DNA of 64,000 bases, taken from a virus (Duplodnaviria; Caudoviricetes). Every line of letters starts with the position of its first letter. Within the stretch, counting starts at the first letter, position 1. A model generated the notes under the pieces. It saw nothing but the letters and a program-made list of their open reading frames with translations. It did no database searches and was not told where the DNA came from. Positions 1-10,332 of the stretch are shown here, one piece after another. Location: IMG/VR virus record IMGVR_UViG_3300027917_004314. One strand, given 5' to 3'. The position numbers and the translations under genes are program-made.

Positions 1-47
1 ATCTGTGTGAGAGAATACGGAGAGAACTAGCTAACAAAAGGAGATAG

Positions 48-1109
48 ATGAATAGGGATACTGCAGTCAAATCCCTTAACACGCTATTTAAACAATTAAA
101 GATCAAGGCAGAAATTAAACAGTGTAAATTGGAAAGCACATTCCTAACATTTGACATAACCCTAAATCCAGGCGGCACTTTCAGGCAACTCGAGAAATTT
201 GCAACGGAAATCGCCTTATCATTAAAAGCTCTTTCTGAGCCGTTAATTTATCCTATAACAAAAGAAGGAATAATTAGGATGGAAATTATGGTATCCGAGC
301 CGGATACTATACCATTTAATGATATAGTCGATTCCAAAGAGTTCTTAAATTCTAACGCCACATTACCGCTAGGCTTGGGTAGATGCAGAAATGGATCGCC
401 GTTGATAGTAGATCTGGCCAAAATGCCGCACCTACTTATTGGTGGTGCGACTGGCTCCGGAAAATCCATTGCATTACAGGTTATAATTAACAACTTATTG
501 CTTAATAAAAATCATTACATTAACTTCGCACTTATTGATCCCAAGCGTGTGGAATTTTCATATTACAGTAAATTGCCCAATTTGTATGGACCGATAGCTC
601 GTAATGTGAAAGATTCGATGGAGATGTTAGGGAATTTAATAGAAGAAATGGAGAAGAGATTTTCCAAACTGGAGAGGCACAATTGCAGGGACATCACGAC
701 ATACAAAGGCAAGATGCCATTTATCATTATAGTCGTAGATGAGTTGGCTGATCTAATGATGGCCTCAAAAAAGGGCACGCAAGATCTGATATGTCGACTT
801 GCACAGAAGTCACGTGCGTGTGGAATACATCTGGTAGTTGCTACTCAAAGGCCGTCTGTTGATGTGATTACTGGCTTAATCAAAGCCAACTTTCCGGCAA
901 GATTAAGCTGCCAAACGAGTTCGGCGGTTGATAGTAGGATTTTACTGGACAGGTGTGGTGCTGAGCGACTTATTGGCAAGGGCGATGCTATTATTAATTG
1001 CTCTGAGTATAATTTTAGAAGATTTAAGGGGGCTTTTTTGTCCGAACAAGATATAATAGATAATGTACGAGCCAGAAGATCGTGGTGGAGTCGGATATGG
1101 AATTCATGA
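48..1109 (+). CDS. ftsK: FtsK/SpoIIIE DNA translocase, motor (alpha/beta) domains only
   Basis: Walker A GGATGSGKS, IDPKRVE, Walker B VVDELADLM, ATQRPS, LIGKGD; no N-terminal TM region, no obvious gamma domain; AAGGAG RBS. Confidence 0.9.
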   Translation: MNRDTAVKSLNTLFKQLKIKAEIKQCKLESTFLTFDITLNPGGTFRQLEKFATEIALSLKALSEPLIYPITKEGIIRMEIMVSEPDTIPFNDIVDSKEFLNSNATLPLGLGRCRNGSPLIVDLAKMPHLLIGGATGSGKSIALQVIINNLLLNKNHYINFALIDPKRVEFSYYSKLPNLYGPIARNVKDSMEMLGNLIEEMEKRFSKLERHNCRDITTYKGKMPFIIIVVDELADLMMASKKGTQDLICRLAQKSRACGIHLVVATQRPSVDVITGLIKANFPARLSCQTSSAVDSRILLDRCGAERLIGKGDAIINCSEYNFRRFKGAFLSEQDIIDNVRARRSWWSRIWNS

Positions 1110-1741
1110 GTGGAGATCCCAACGAAGCCTGGAAATTTAAGAACGTCGTCATTTCTAAAGTTCCAATAGTTCCACTTATGAAAAAATACGGAATGCAACT
1201 TGAGTGCAGGCAAACTGGCCAGGAGTTTACTCATAGAAGTTACTGTCCATTCCACAGGGGTAAGGGCACCGACGGGAGAGAAAGAACACCATCTATGTTT
1301 ATATCGGATAGAACAAATTCTTTTTTTTGTTTCGGCTGCGGAGCTAGCGGATCTGTGATAGATTTCGTCAGTTTGATAGATGGCACTCCTCCACTAGTAG
1401 CGTTACAAAAATTGGCGAAAGATGTTGGACTGTTAGATAAAGATGGTCAGTGGGATGAACTTCAGCTAAACGCGCTAGAAGAAATTACACCTTCTTTCGA
1501 TCCAATGAAGACCATAGAACCCTACTTATTCGATATAAGTGAGTCCATGAGGAAATATATAAAGCAGTTTGCCAGGGAAGAATATTTTGAAAAGGAATTT
1601 AAATGGATAGAGAGAGTTGGCGAAAAAGCCGACGAATTTATTTCTAATATTGGATATGAAGATTGGGAGTATGCTAAAGAGTTATCTGAGAAGATAATCA
1701 GAAGTATTAATAAAAGAAGCAAGAATAGCGGTGGACAATGA
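1097..1741 (+). CDS. Stand-alone CHC2 zinc-finger protein (DnaG zinc-binding-domain like)
   Basis: CPFH...ERTPSM...FFCFGCGASGSVIDFV; start 1097 (GGAG RBS) or 1106. Confidence 0.8.
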   Translation: MEFMSGDPNEAWKFKNVVISKVPIVPLMKKYGMQLECRQTGQEFTHRSYCPFHRGKGTDGRERTPSMFISDRTNSFFCFGCGASGSVIDFVSLIDGTPPLVALQKLAKDVGLLDKDGQWDELQLNALEEITPSFDPMKTIEPYLFDISESMRKYIKQFAREEYFEKEFKWIERVGEKADEFISNIGYEDWEYAKELSEKIIRSINKRSKNSGGQ

Positions 1742-2937
1742 AAGTAGTCATATTAGGTGATACACATTTTGGAGGTGGATATTCCCTTGGAAAGATAGAC
1801 TCACATAGACAGTTGAACACCAGGCTTATAGACTTTTCAAATACATTTAATTATGTTGTTGATTATATGATTGATAATGGAGTAAGACACTTCATTATAA
1901 CTGGAGATGTATTCGAATATAGGAGGCCGCAAGCCTCTGAATTAAGCCTATTTTCAGAAAAAATATATAGATTGTCTGAGCTTGGTATACATACGCATAT
2001 TGTAATTGGGAATCACGACTTAATACAAGAACAGCGTGCTACTACTATTGACGTGTTGAGACGTCTTAAGTTACCGAAGGTACACGTTTATGCAGACATT
2101 GATAGTGTAGCATGTGATGATGGTGATACATCTGATATCATTAACTTTATATTCTTTCCTTTTAGAACCAAGAGGATGTTGGATTGTAAAACAAATGATG
2201 AGGCAGTTAATAGGCTTAGCGACAGGCTGCGATATGAGATACGTGGCATTTCCAAAGGACCCAAGATATTGGTCGGCCATTTTATGCTTCAAGGTACGAT
2301 GCTAGGTAACACCGTCCTGGAAGGCCATGGAGGAGAAGTAGTGTTGCCACAATCAATGTTTAAAGGCCTTGACGCTGTTGTGATGGGTCACATACATCCA
2401 CACCAAATCGTTAAGAAAAGTGGGCCGCTGATAACATATGTCGGATCAATGGAGCGCAAAGACTTTGGCGATGCAAAAGACCACAAGTATTTTCTGTTAG
2501 TGGAAACCTGTAATGAAGATATAGCTTTTAAATTTGAGAAGTTGCCGGTAAGACCAGTTTACGATATTACAATAGACCAATCTCTCGTCAAAGAGAGTGT
2601 TACCAATGGCTGCATCAGATTTTTAAGAGACCACGCCAAGCGTAACGAAATGCTTGGTGCTATAGTAAGAATCAATATATTTATTAATGAAAAATCTTTG
2701 TATGATCTCGATAAAGATATGATAAGAGCTTTTCTCAAAAAATTAAATGTACATAATTGCGTTAATATTCATACACAGGTTGTTACCAAGAGGCAATTGC
2801 GTAAATCTACAATTACTGAACGTATCGATCCACTTAAATCTTTCATAGAGTATCTAGACTTAGTTGAGGATCGACAAATGCGAGAACAGATGAGACAAGT
2901 GGGAAGTAAAATTATCAAGGAAAGGCGTGTTACATGA
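1738..2937 (+). CDS. sbcD: SbcD/Mre11-like metallophosphoesterase nuclease
   Basis: GDTH, GDVFE, GNHD, GHF, GHIH motifs; overlaps the SbcC gene. Confidence 0.9.
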   Translation: MKVVILGDTHFGGGYSLGKIDSHRQLNTRLIDFSNTFNYVVDYMIDNGVRHFIITGDVFEYRRPQASELSLFSEKIYRLSELGIHTHIVIGNHDLIQEQRATTIDVLRRLKLPKVHVYADIDSVACDDGDTSDIINFIFFPFRTKRMLDCKTNDEAVNRLSDRLRYEIRGISKGPKILVGHFMLQGTMLGNTVLEGHGGEVVLPQSMFKGLDAVVMGHIHPHQIVKKSGPLITYVGSMERKDFGDAKDHKYFLLVETCNEDIAFKFEKLPVRPVYDITIDQSLVKESVTNGCIRFLRDHAKRNEMLGAIVRINIFINEKSLYDLDKDMIRAFLKKLNVHNCVNIHTQVVTKRQLRKSTITERIDPLKSFIEYLDLVEDRQMREQMRQVGSKIIKERRVT

Positions 2938-5165
2938 TTCCACTCAAATTGACTCTAGAAAATTTTATTTCCCACGTTTATTCTGAACTAGATTTTACAC
3001 AATTCAACGTAGCTCTATTAGTAGGAGCGCACAGCGGAAATCCTGACATATCGAATGGTGTGGGTAAATCGGCTATTTTCGATGGTATGAGGTGGTCTCT
3101 TTACGGAAAAAGTCGTTTTAGTACTAAAGATAAAGTTATAAAAAGGGGGAAAGCATCCTGTAAAGTAATGTTTGAATTTGAATCAAATGGCCAACACTAC
3201 AGGATAATACGACAGCTTAATAAAAAATCTGGCATAAGCGATGTCTCTTTCTCTAAAAAGATAAAAGAAGAATGGGATTCGGACGGCCTCAGCTGCGATA
3301 CTGCAACCATGACCAATCGTAAGATTATAGAGGTTATCAATATGAACGATGATACGTTCGTGAATTCTAACTACTTTAGACAAAATGACATTTCTGGATT
3401 TGCTTCCGCTAGCACCTCGAAGAGGAAAGAGATACTTAAAGAAGTGCTACAGATTGGTATTTGGGATGACTTTTTCAAGATCGCTAAGAACGCTGAAAAA
3501 AACTTTTCTTCGCAAAAAGACGCGCTAGAAGAGCGGATCAAATTTATTGGCGACATAGACGCCCAAAAACTAGCAAATAACAATAAGGTTAAAGAGTTAA
3601 AAATTTCTGTATTGAACATTCGCGGCAGAATGGCTGTATTAGAAAGTCAGCTTAGAGAGAAAAAAGAAAAAGTCACCAAGTTAGAGATAGAAATGGCGTC
3701 TATCAATAATATGACCAGTGCGGGCCTGCAAGAGGAGGCTGCTAGAATTGCATCCAAGGTGAAAGAATTAAAGTTGCGCAGAACCAAGCTACATAGCGAA
3801 GTTAAAACAAACAACGAACAATTTGCAAAGATAGAGCTTGACTGTATGCATCTGGACAAAAAGATATTAGAACTGTTATATGACATAGCCTTGGTATCTC
3901 ATAAAGATAACGACAACAATAGAAATAAATTTGTCCAATTGGCTAAAAAAATGCACCTACGGGGGCCTGGTAAATGGGCTACATATCCAACTTCTAAATA
4001 CAGTCAATCATCTCTAAATAATAAGTTAACTCAAATAGATAAACACAAATCTACCATTAGTCAATTAAAACAAAAACTTAAAAACTTAACGTTACTAGAA
4101 CCCGGAAAAGAATGTCCGACATGTTTAATTGAAGTTAAAAATCCCAGAGGCGTGACTGCCAGAAGGAAAGCAAAAGAAAAATTCCTAAAAAATATGATAG
4201 ATGAAGAACAAGTATTTATAGATGCATTGAGTGATTCTATCAAGGAAGAACAGGCCGCCATAGACAAAGCAAACGAGGCACGCATTGAGGTGGAGAGGCT
4301 GGGTTTGGTAATAGCGAAAAGAATGTCTGCCCAATCTGACATCATGAGAAGGAATGAAATGATTCAGATGGAACTTAGCGATATTTCAGCAAAATGGGCT
4401 TCGCTTAAACAAGATAAGCAAACAGTTCTATCGATTGCGGCGACACATAAAGACGATAGTAAGATGGCAATGGATCTAAGTAAAGCCATAGCCGAACGTA
4501 ATAGTACAGCCACTAAAGTAGACGAAATTAGGAAGCAAATGTTAGAGTTGAGCGTGGAACTCGGTCATCTAGAAGGATACGGCGAAGACTTAGAGAGAAG
4601 GCTGTCAGAAAGAAAAGCGTTGACTGACCAAAAAGATAAACTTGTCAACAGCATAGATGTCTACTCGAATGTTGCGAAAGCCTTTAGTCGTGATGGCATT
4701 CAAGCTATTATAATGGAAAACGTTACAGAAGATTTGCGCAAATATACGAATTCCATATTAAAACAGATTTGTAGTGAACAGATGTCTGTGGATTTCGTTA
4801 CGCAGAAACAGACCAGTTCTGGTACTTGGAAAGAGTATTTTGACATTAAAATTTCCATAGGCGGTGACATATTGGATTTTGACGACCTAAGTGGTGGAGA
4901 ACAAGTCAGAATGTCCATTGCACTACGCCTAGCATTGAGCCAATTGTTGATGAGGCGCGTTGGCAGTAATGTTAAATTCCTGCTCCTTGACGAGGTGGAT
5001 CAAGCATTAGATAAACAAGGCATAGAAGCTTTGTCAGAAGCTATTAATACTTTGTCTAAAAGCCTTAAGATATTGGTGATTACACACAATGAATCAATGA
5101 AAGAGAAGTTCGATAACATTATTACTATACAGAAAGGTCCTTCTGGGAGTATTCTGAAACAGTAA
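2934..5165 (+). CDS. sbcC: SbcC/Rad50-like SMC ATPase
   Basis: ENF start, NGVGKS Walker A, coiled coils, CPTC zinc hook, LSGGE signature, LLDEVD Walker B, ITH. Confidence 0.92.
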   Translation: MIPLKLTLENFISHVYSELDFTQFNVALLVGAHSGNPDISNGVGKSAIFDGMRWSLYGKSRFSTKDKVIKRGKASCKVMFEFESNGQHYRIIRQLNKKSGISDVSFSKKIKEEWDSDGLSCDTATMTNRKIIEVINMNDDTFVNSNYFRQNDISGFASASTSKRKEILKEVLQIGIWDDFFKIAKNAEKNFSSQKDALEERIKFIGDIDAQKLANNNKVKELKISVLNIRGRMAVLESQLREKKEKVTKLEIEMASINNMTSAGLQEEAARIASKVKELKLRRTKLHSEVKTNNEQFAKIELDCMHLDKKILELLYDIALVSHKDNDNNRNKFVQLAKKMHLRGPGKWATYPTSKYSQSSLNNKLTQIDKHKSTISQLKQKLKNLTLLEPGKECPTCLIEVKNPRGVTARRKAKEKFLKNMIDEEQVFIDALSDSIKEEQAAIDKANEARIEVERLGLVIAKRMSAQSDIMRRNEMIQMELSDISAKWASLKQDKQTVLSIAATHKDDSKMAMDLSKAIAERNSTATKVDEIRKQMLELSVELGHLEGYGEDLERRLSERKALTDQKDKLVNSIDVYSNVAKAFSRDGIQAIIMENVTEDLRKYTNSILKQICSEQMSVDFVTQKQTSSGTWKEYFDIKISIGGDILDFDDLSGGEQVRMSIALRLALSQLLMRRVGSNVKFLLLDEVDQALDKQGIEALSEAINTLSKSLKILVITHNESMKEKFDNIITIQKGPSGSILKQ

Positions 5166-5200
5166 AACCTATCAATTTTCTATTATTTAAAGGAGTTGGC

Positions 5201-5761
5201 ATGCATATGAATATAGGTTTGATCGGTGCCCCTGGATCAGGAAAAGATGAGGTAGCGAAATTTCTTGTTGAAAAACGTGGGTTTAGAAGACTAGCGTTTG
5301 CAGATCAAATAAAAGCCAGTTATTTCGCTGAAATAGGGATAACCGATGAAGAATTTAAGGCTGCTAGGGGTACTGCTATAGAGACAGTATGGCGAGGTGG
5401 TCTGTGGGATTATAGCAGTGGAATGAAATATGCGCATGGGGATCGCTATTTTATCGATCCGGTACTTATTAAAATGGAAGATTCGGTTGAGCCGGTGGTG
5501 ATTTCGGATATAAGGACCAGTGAAGAATTCAACGCTGTCAAGAACCTTGTTCAAGTGGTGTTAGTAATTAAGGATTTTGAGGAAGATTTTTATCCCATCG
5601 ATGGAATTAAGGAGACTAGCGGAATCGCTTTGCGTCATTTATTAGGGTATCCAGTTATATATAACAGTTATGATAATTTGGATGGTCTTCACAAGGAAAT
5701 CGAAAGACTGTATGATATACTCTCAATCCACGGAGGAATTAATGGATCCGCAAGACTATAA
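5201..5761 (+). CDS. Deoxynucleoside monophosphate kinase (T4 gp1-like)
   Basis: GAPGSGKD P-loop, RLAFADQIK, VISDIRT. Confidence 0.75.
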   Translation: MHMNIGLIGAPGSGKDEVAKFLVEKRGFRRLAFADQIKASYFAEIGITDEEFKAARGTAIETVWRGGLWDYSSGMKYAHGDRYFIDPVLIKMEDSVEPVVISDIRTSEEFNAVKNLVQVVLVIKDFEEDFYPIDGIKETSGIALRHLLGYPVIYNSYDNLDGLHKEIERLYDILSIHGGINGSARL

Positions 5762-5829
5762 CTTACCCGATTGTACTTGGGGCACTCAATAATTTCCTAA
5801 AAACGTTGGGTGCCCTTGGGAGGTGCCCA

Positions 5830-6009
5830 ATGATAGTAAAGAATTTTGCAGCTTCAACGCTACAAAAAGCAGCTAGAAAGGCTCTTGATTTTTGGTACAA
5901 AGAATATTTTGACCGATGCACCCTGATCGAGTTTTTACACAAATGTACCTGGAAAAGAGTAAAAGGTGGTTTTATAGTTGTCTATAAAGGCCCAACAGAG
6001 GAACAATAA
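5830..6009 (+). CDS. Small hypothetical protein
   Basis: ATG 5830 preceded by GGGAGG; tiles between neighbouring genes. Confidence 0.6.
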   Translation: MIVKNFAASTLQKAARKALDFWYKEYFDRCTLIEFLHKCTWKRVKGGFIVVYKGPTEEQ

Positions 6010-6026
6010 GGAGAGCGTTGTCATAA

Positions 6027-6929
6027 ATGGCCGTTATTACAATTACTGCTTCTGAGTCCACCACACAATTGGTGTCTGGTATACCACAAGTGGTGTCATT
6101 ATTAACCAATACTCCAGCCACTGTTTATTTTACGACTGACGGAACAGAGCCTACCATTTTATCGGAGGTATACATCGGCCCTATAGAAATGCCCACTACT
6201 GTGTCCGTGCGTTTAAGGGCCTTAGCTGTCAGCGGCGCAGACACTGGACTTTTGGATGTCACTTATTCTACAGATAGCACAAAGTTGTCTCATAGCAGAA
6301 GAACTGAGGATTTGGGAATAGGAATTGCCGTAGATGCCTACGGTGTAGACTCGGTATTGACTGACGGTTACGGTCCGGACGAAGATAATTACGTCGTTGT
6401 GCCGGTCAGGTCATCCGATGAGGAGTTAGTCGACCTTGAGATCAAGTACTCGCGCAGAGGGTTGCCGCAGATAAGTCCTGGAACAATTGTAACTTTAGGG
6501 CCGATGTCAGAGACTCAGAGAGATAAGTCGTCTGCTGTTGATGAAGAGGCAAGCTCACCAAATGATCAAAACTCGTATTTTAATCCTAAGTCTCTCTATA
6601 TTGTGATGGATGGCAGAGATGGCTATGATGATCAGTCCATATATCCCATAAATCGGCCTTATGGAAGTACTATGGATATTACAAAGTATTTGCAGGGCAA
6701 AACGTTGTACGAGCCACAGCCGTATGTATCTGGCGGTCTTGTGAGAACATTATATGATGCAGACAAAGGCCTGTCTGTGTCATACTATTTCGACCATAAC
6801 GAAACGCGATGGATTAAAAGTATCCAGAACTTTGAACCAAGCGAGGTGCCTGTTGGCATTGGTTCTAGGAGACAACAAGGTCCGCCACTGGTATTTAAGT
6901 GGATTTACAATAAAAGAAGTATGATATGA
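6027..6929 (+). CDS. Hypothetical protein with N-terminal chitobiase/beta-hexosaminidase C-terminal-like (Ig/FN3-like) domain
   Basis: VYFTTDGTEPT...VYIGPI motif typical of that beta-sandwich; AGGAG RBS. Confidence 0.55.
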   Translation: MAVITITASESTTQLVSGIPQVVSLLTNTPATVYFTTDGTEPTILSEVYIGPIEMPTTVSVRLRALAVSGADTGLLDVTYSTDSTKLSHSRRTEDLGIGIAVDAYGVDSVLTDGYGPDEDNYVVVPVRSSDEELVDLEIKYSRRGLPQISPGTIVTLGPMSETQRDKSSAVDEEASSPNDQNSYFNPKSLYIVMDGRDGYDDQSIYPINRPYGSTMDITKYLQGKTLYEPQPYVSGGLVRTLYDADKGLSVSYYFDHNETRWIKSIQNFEPSEVPVGIGSRRQQGPPLVFKWIYNKRSMI

Positions 6930-7714
6930 TGGTAGAACAAGAATTAGAAAAAGAGAAGGATATAGATAGAGATGACTTAATTCTCACTCTTTCTGCGTCT
7001 AGAGTTAAAACTTACCAGCAGTGTCCGAGAAAATACTATTACAACTACATCGAGAAGTTGCCCAGGAAAGACTGGTTGCACTTTGACCTTGGTACGCTTG
7101 TCCATGGCGTGTTAGAATATTTTCATGCAAATTTTAAAACGGACGCCAGAAGAAGTGCTTTAAATCTCAAGAGAACGATGAAAGAGTCTTTCAAAAAATA
7201 TCGCGAGCACATGGAAGAAGAGAAACCATTGGACCATGGCGTTTTAATTGAGGCTAGAGATTTGTTGGCAGACTACTTAAAACGAATGGAATCAGATGGT
7301 ATTGGATCAGAAATCATAGCGCTTGAAGATGATTTTCATATTGAGCTGACAAATGAATTTGGCGTCCAGGGATATGTAGATAGAATAGATCAAGATGGTG
7401 ACGGCGTGTTACATATCAAGGATTACAAAACAAATAGGAATCCGAAATATCTGGAGCCATTTCAGCTTAGAACCTATGGTATTTACTTATTAGATAGATT
7501 TCCAGAAGTAGATAAGTTCAGGGGATCATATATTATGATGAGATTTGGAGGGATGCTCGTTTCCTACGATTTCAATCGTGAAGACGTAGAAAAGACGAAA
7601 AAGCAGCTGATTGAATATGCACAGCGTATTTCTGAGGAAGAACGCTGGATGGCAAAGCCTTCTAGATTATGTGACTGGTGCGATTTCAAAAATCCGTGCC
7701 TCAACACTTGGTGA
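6926..7714 (+). CDS. PD-(D/E)XK nuclease (RecB/AddB/Cas4-like) with 1+3 Cys cluster motif
   Basis: LSASR..TYQQCPRKYY, GYVDRID, IKDYKT, QLRTY, C-terminal CDWCDFKNPC. Confidence 0.85.
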   Translation: MMVEQELEKEKDIDRDDLILTLSASRVKTYQQCPRKYYYNYIEKLPRKDWLHFDLGTLVHGVLEYFHANFKTDARRSALNLKRTMKESFKKYREHMEEEKPLDHGVLIEARDLLADYLKRMESDGIGSEIIALEDDFHIELTNEFGVQGYVDRIDQDGDGVLHIKDYKTNRNPKYLEPFQLRTYGIYLLDRFPEVDKFRGSYIMMRFGGMLVSYDFNREDVEKTKKQLIEYAQRISEEERWMAKPSRLCDWCDFKNPCLNTW

Positions 7715-7717
7715 ATT

Positions 7718-8284
7718 ATGAAAACATTAAATATTCGCAAGGGAAAGCATTTTACTGGGAAGGCAAAAGTCTTTGATAAAGAAATTTATATAGATACTAA
7801 CGACGGCGCCGGCTTTCATGAAGTATTCCAGGAAATGGAAGAACTTATAGAAATGTTATCTAAAGGACATCTTGGTCCTGGTTTCGAGCGCATGTGGGAT
7901 ATAGAAGATATGAAACAAGATGTATCGTTGTCCATGCTGGAAGCAATTGTAAAGTACAATCCAGACAGTGGAAAATTGTCCACTTTCCTGTGGGCCGTAG
8001 GCAGAAATAAAGCTATTGACAACTATCGTAAAGCTGCTATTATTAGGGGGAGAATAAAGTATTTAGACTACATCGAAAAAGCGATGCCATATACCTACGA
8101 CCCCGGTATAAAAATAGAAGTTTTACAACGTTCGGAAAGTTGGGGCGATAAGTGGAAGACCATTATGCTCCGGATTTTCATTAACGGTGATCAAATATCT
8201 GAAGTGGCCAAGGATGAAGGTTTTACACCTTGGGGGCTTACTAGAGCTGTAAGAAGGAAGTTGAAAGAAGCAAGAAAAGTATGA
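7718..8284 (+). CDS. Phage sigma70-family (ECF-like) sigma factor
   Basis: Region-2-like EDMKQDVSLSMLEAIVKYNPDSGKLSTFLWAVGRNKAIDNYRK; region-4-like HTH ISEVAKDEGFTPWGLTRAVRR. Confidence 0.75.
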   Translation: MKTLNIRKGKHFTGKAKVFDKEIYIDTNDGAGFHEVFQEMEELIEMLSKGHLGPGFERMWDIEDMKQDVSLSMLEAIVKYNPDSGKLSTFLWAVGRNKAIDNYRKAAIIRGRIKYLDYIEKAMPYTYDPGIKIEVLQRSESWGDKWKTIMLRIFINGDQISEVAKDEGFTPWGLTRAVRRKLKEARKV

Positions 8285-10332
8285 CAGATGAACAAATCAA
8301 AAATTGGCTAGCTAGACATGGCGAGAAAATTGAGCCAGATTTCGTATTCGAAGAAGAAAAAGCGGAAGCAGCTCAAAGGTCTGTGGTGCATGACGGTAGC
8401 TGGCCAGATCCCAAAAGACCGGGCAATGCCGGCATATTCTCTGGGATTTCTTTTTCTAAAAATGAATTTAATCGCGTTGTGGGCGATCCTGACAATTGGG
8501 AGGCAATTCTAAGTGATGATGACCTGTACAATCAATGGATCCTCCCCAACGCGATTTTATTATTCGCCAAGACTTGGTTTGACAGAATAAAATGGAAACC
8601 ATCTATACACAAATCCGTGCCGTTTCCGTTATTTTCTGACAACGAGCGTAGTACGGCTGTCATGGCTAAACAAGAGTTGGAGCACACTCCGCATGGCAAG
8701 GCTAGGATTGCAAAGATAATGGCCAAGGCATCTTCAGCCCTAGAAGTATATTTGTCGGGCAGGTGGCTTGAAAAAACAAAATATTTAAAGAAACCGGGTG
8801 CATATATAATAGAATCGATAAGAAACGATGTAATACGTGAAATTGGCACTGATATGGGGTACAAGCTAATACCTACGTTAGCATGCCCATATTGCTTGGC
8901 GCCAGGCAAATCAGATTCTTATAAAGTACCGTTAATTAGGCATTCTTTTAAACAATATTCTTGTCCCAAATGCGTAGACGATTCTAATAACCTAGAATTG
9001 GAAATACAAAATGCTGGCAGGAAGCATAGAGGGACACTCGCCGCAGAGAAATTTGAGAAGACAAGACAGTTTAAATATTTTATTGGAGTTACATGTGTTT
9101 GTCCAAACGACAAATGTAGAGGCAAGTTTGTTCCATTAACATGTGTCAATACTAAAATATTTAATCCAGAAAGATACCGCATCAATGGTGCGCTTAAGGG
9201 TCTGTGTATTTCAAGAGATATTCAGTCGTTTAAGAGGCCCCCTAAAATCCTAGAGGATTTTCCATTGGTGTGTCCACATTGTGATACAGAGTTCACTCCG
9301 AGAAGTGCTCTTACAAGTAAATCTGGTTTCAAGAAAAAATCAGGTCATTTAACGGGATTACCTACGATATATATCTGGGTTAAAAAAGAAGCAAATACGC
9401 TAGATGAACCTATGTATGACAACCATTTAACAAGAAAAGATGGGTTGGTGGCAAAATCAGAAGATCTTAATAGTCATATTAATGCCAAACAACGTGTCAG
9501 CCTGTTGATAGGTGAGATAATTATCCGTGCGGCCAGGGTTAATAACAAGTCGTTTGACGGCCTCATGACTTTATATTTTTATAAAGCAGCAATAATATGG
9601 ATGGACAAATACTGGGAAGATGCATCTAGGTATTTCTTTGGATGGTTTGAATACGAAAGAGATCTCAGTGCTAAAGAAATGGCCCGTAATCCTGGAAAGA
9701 CCAAAAAAAAGATGACCAATATTTGTAGAGGTTCAGAGGTCACCATCCATCTATCGTTTTTTCAAGAGTGGCTAAAAGTCATTGAAGAAAATATAGAAAA
9801 GATACGCGAGGTTAACCCAGACATTAAAAAACTTAAGGATCTGAAATGGTTCTGTCGGCCGCCAAAATTTAGTGGTGGGCCAGAGTCAAACTTTATATCT
9901 GATGTCGACGACAAATTAAAAATCGCAAATAAGACAAGTATAAAGCCCGTTAGTTCGTGGGACGGCATGCCCAGACTTGCTAAAGTGCTGGCAATCTATA
10001 AAATGAAAGATGGTGTCGTTAATAGAACAAAAAATTATATATCTGATGTAAGAGGAATTGGATGGCATTCTATAGATCTAGTACCAAATACTTCTCTAAA
10101 GGTAGGAGAAAAAGTAAAAGTGAAGGCGCTAATGATGTCTGGGCATCCGACACATACCCCAATACAAAGAATCATTCGATTGAGATCCATTACTCTTAAA
10201 AATATTATAGATAGAATTTTACGTGAAGAAGCTGCGGGCGACACAGATGTATTGTTTTGGAAATCATGGAAGAACAGAGTGAAAGCAGCTAAAGAAAAAG
10301 TTGGCCATATTGTTAGGAGCTATAATGACTGA
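8281..10332 (+). CDS. Large Zn-ribbon protein of unknown function; paralog of a segment of the 2718-aa polyprotein
   Basis: CPYC, CPKC, CVCPNDKC, CPHC; possible sigma region-2-like helix AYIIESIRNDVIREI. Confidence 0.6.
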   Translation: MTDEQIKNWLARHGEKIEPDFVFEEEKAEAAQRSVVHDGSWPDPKRPGNAGIFSGISFSKNEFNRVVGDPDNWEAILSDDDLYNQWILPNAILLFAKTWFDRIKWKPSIHKSVPFPLFSDNERSTAVMAKQELEHTPHGKARIAKIMAKASSALEVYLSGRWLEKTKYLKKPGAYIIESIRNDVIREIGTDMGYKLIPTLACPYCLAPGKSDSYKVPLIRHSFKQYSCPKCVDDSNNLELEIQNAGRKHRGTLAAEKFEKTRQFKYFIGVTCVCPNDKCRGKFVPLTCVNTKIFNPERYRINGALKGLCISRDIQSFKRPPKILEDFPLVCPHCDTEFTPRSALTSKSGFKKKSGHLTGLPTIYIWVKKEANTLDEPMYDNHLTRKDGLVAKSEDLNSHINAKQRVSLLIGEIIIRAARVNNKSFDGLMTLYFYKAAIIWMDKYWEDASRYFFGWFEYERDLSAKEMARNPGKTKKKMTNICRGSEVTIHLSFFQEWLKVIEENIEKIREVNPDIKKLKDLKWFCRPPKFSGGPESNFISDVDDKLKIANKTSIKPVSSWDGMPRLAKVLAIYKMKDGVVNRTKNYISDVRGIGWHSIDLVPNTSLKVGEKVKVKALMMSGHPTHTPIQRIIRLRSITLKNIIDRILREEAAGDTDVLFWKSWKNRVKAAKEKVGHIVRSYND

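Noticed and set aside
3699-3708. TCTATCAATA inside sbcC as a promoter
   Set aside because: It lies mid-CDS with no nearby gene start; treated as a background occurrence of the motif
5743-5829. Frameshifted N-terminal extension of the 5830 gene (frame open from 5743)
   Set aside because: ATG 5830 has its own GGGAGG RBS, the extension has no good ATG start, and there is no slippery sequence
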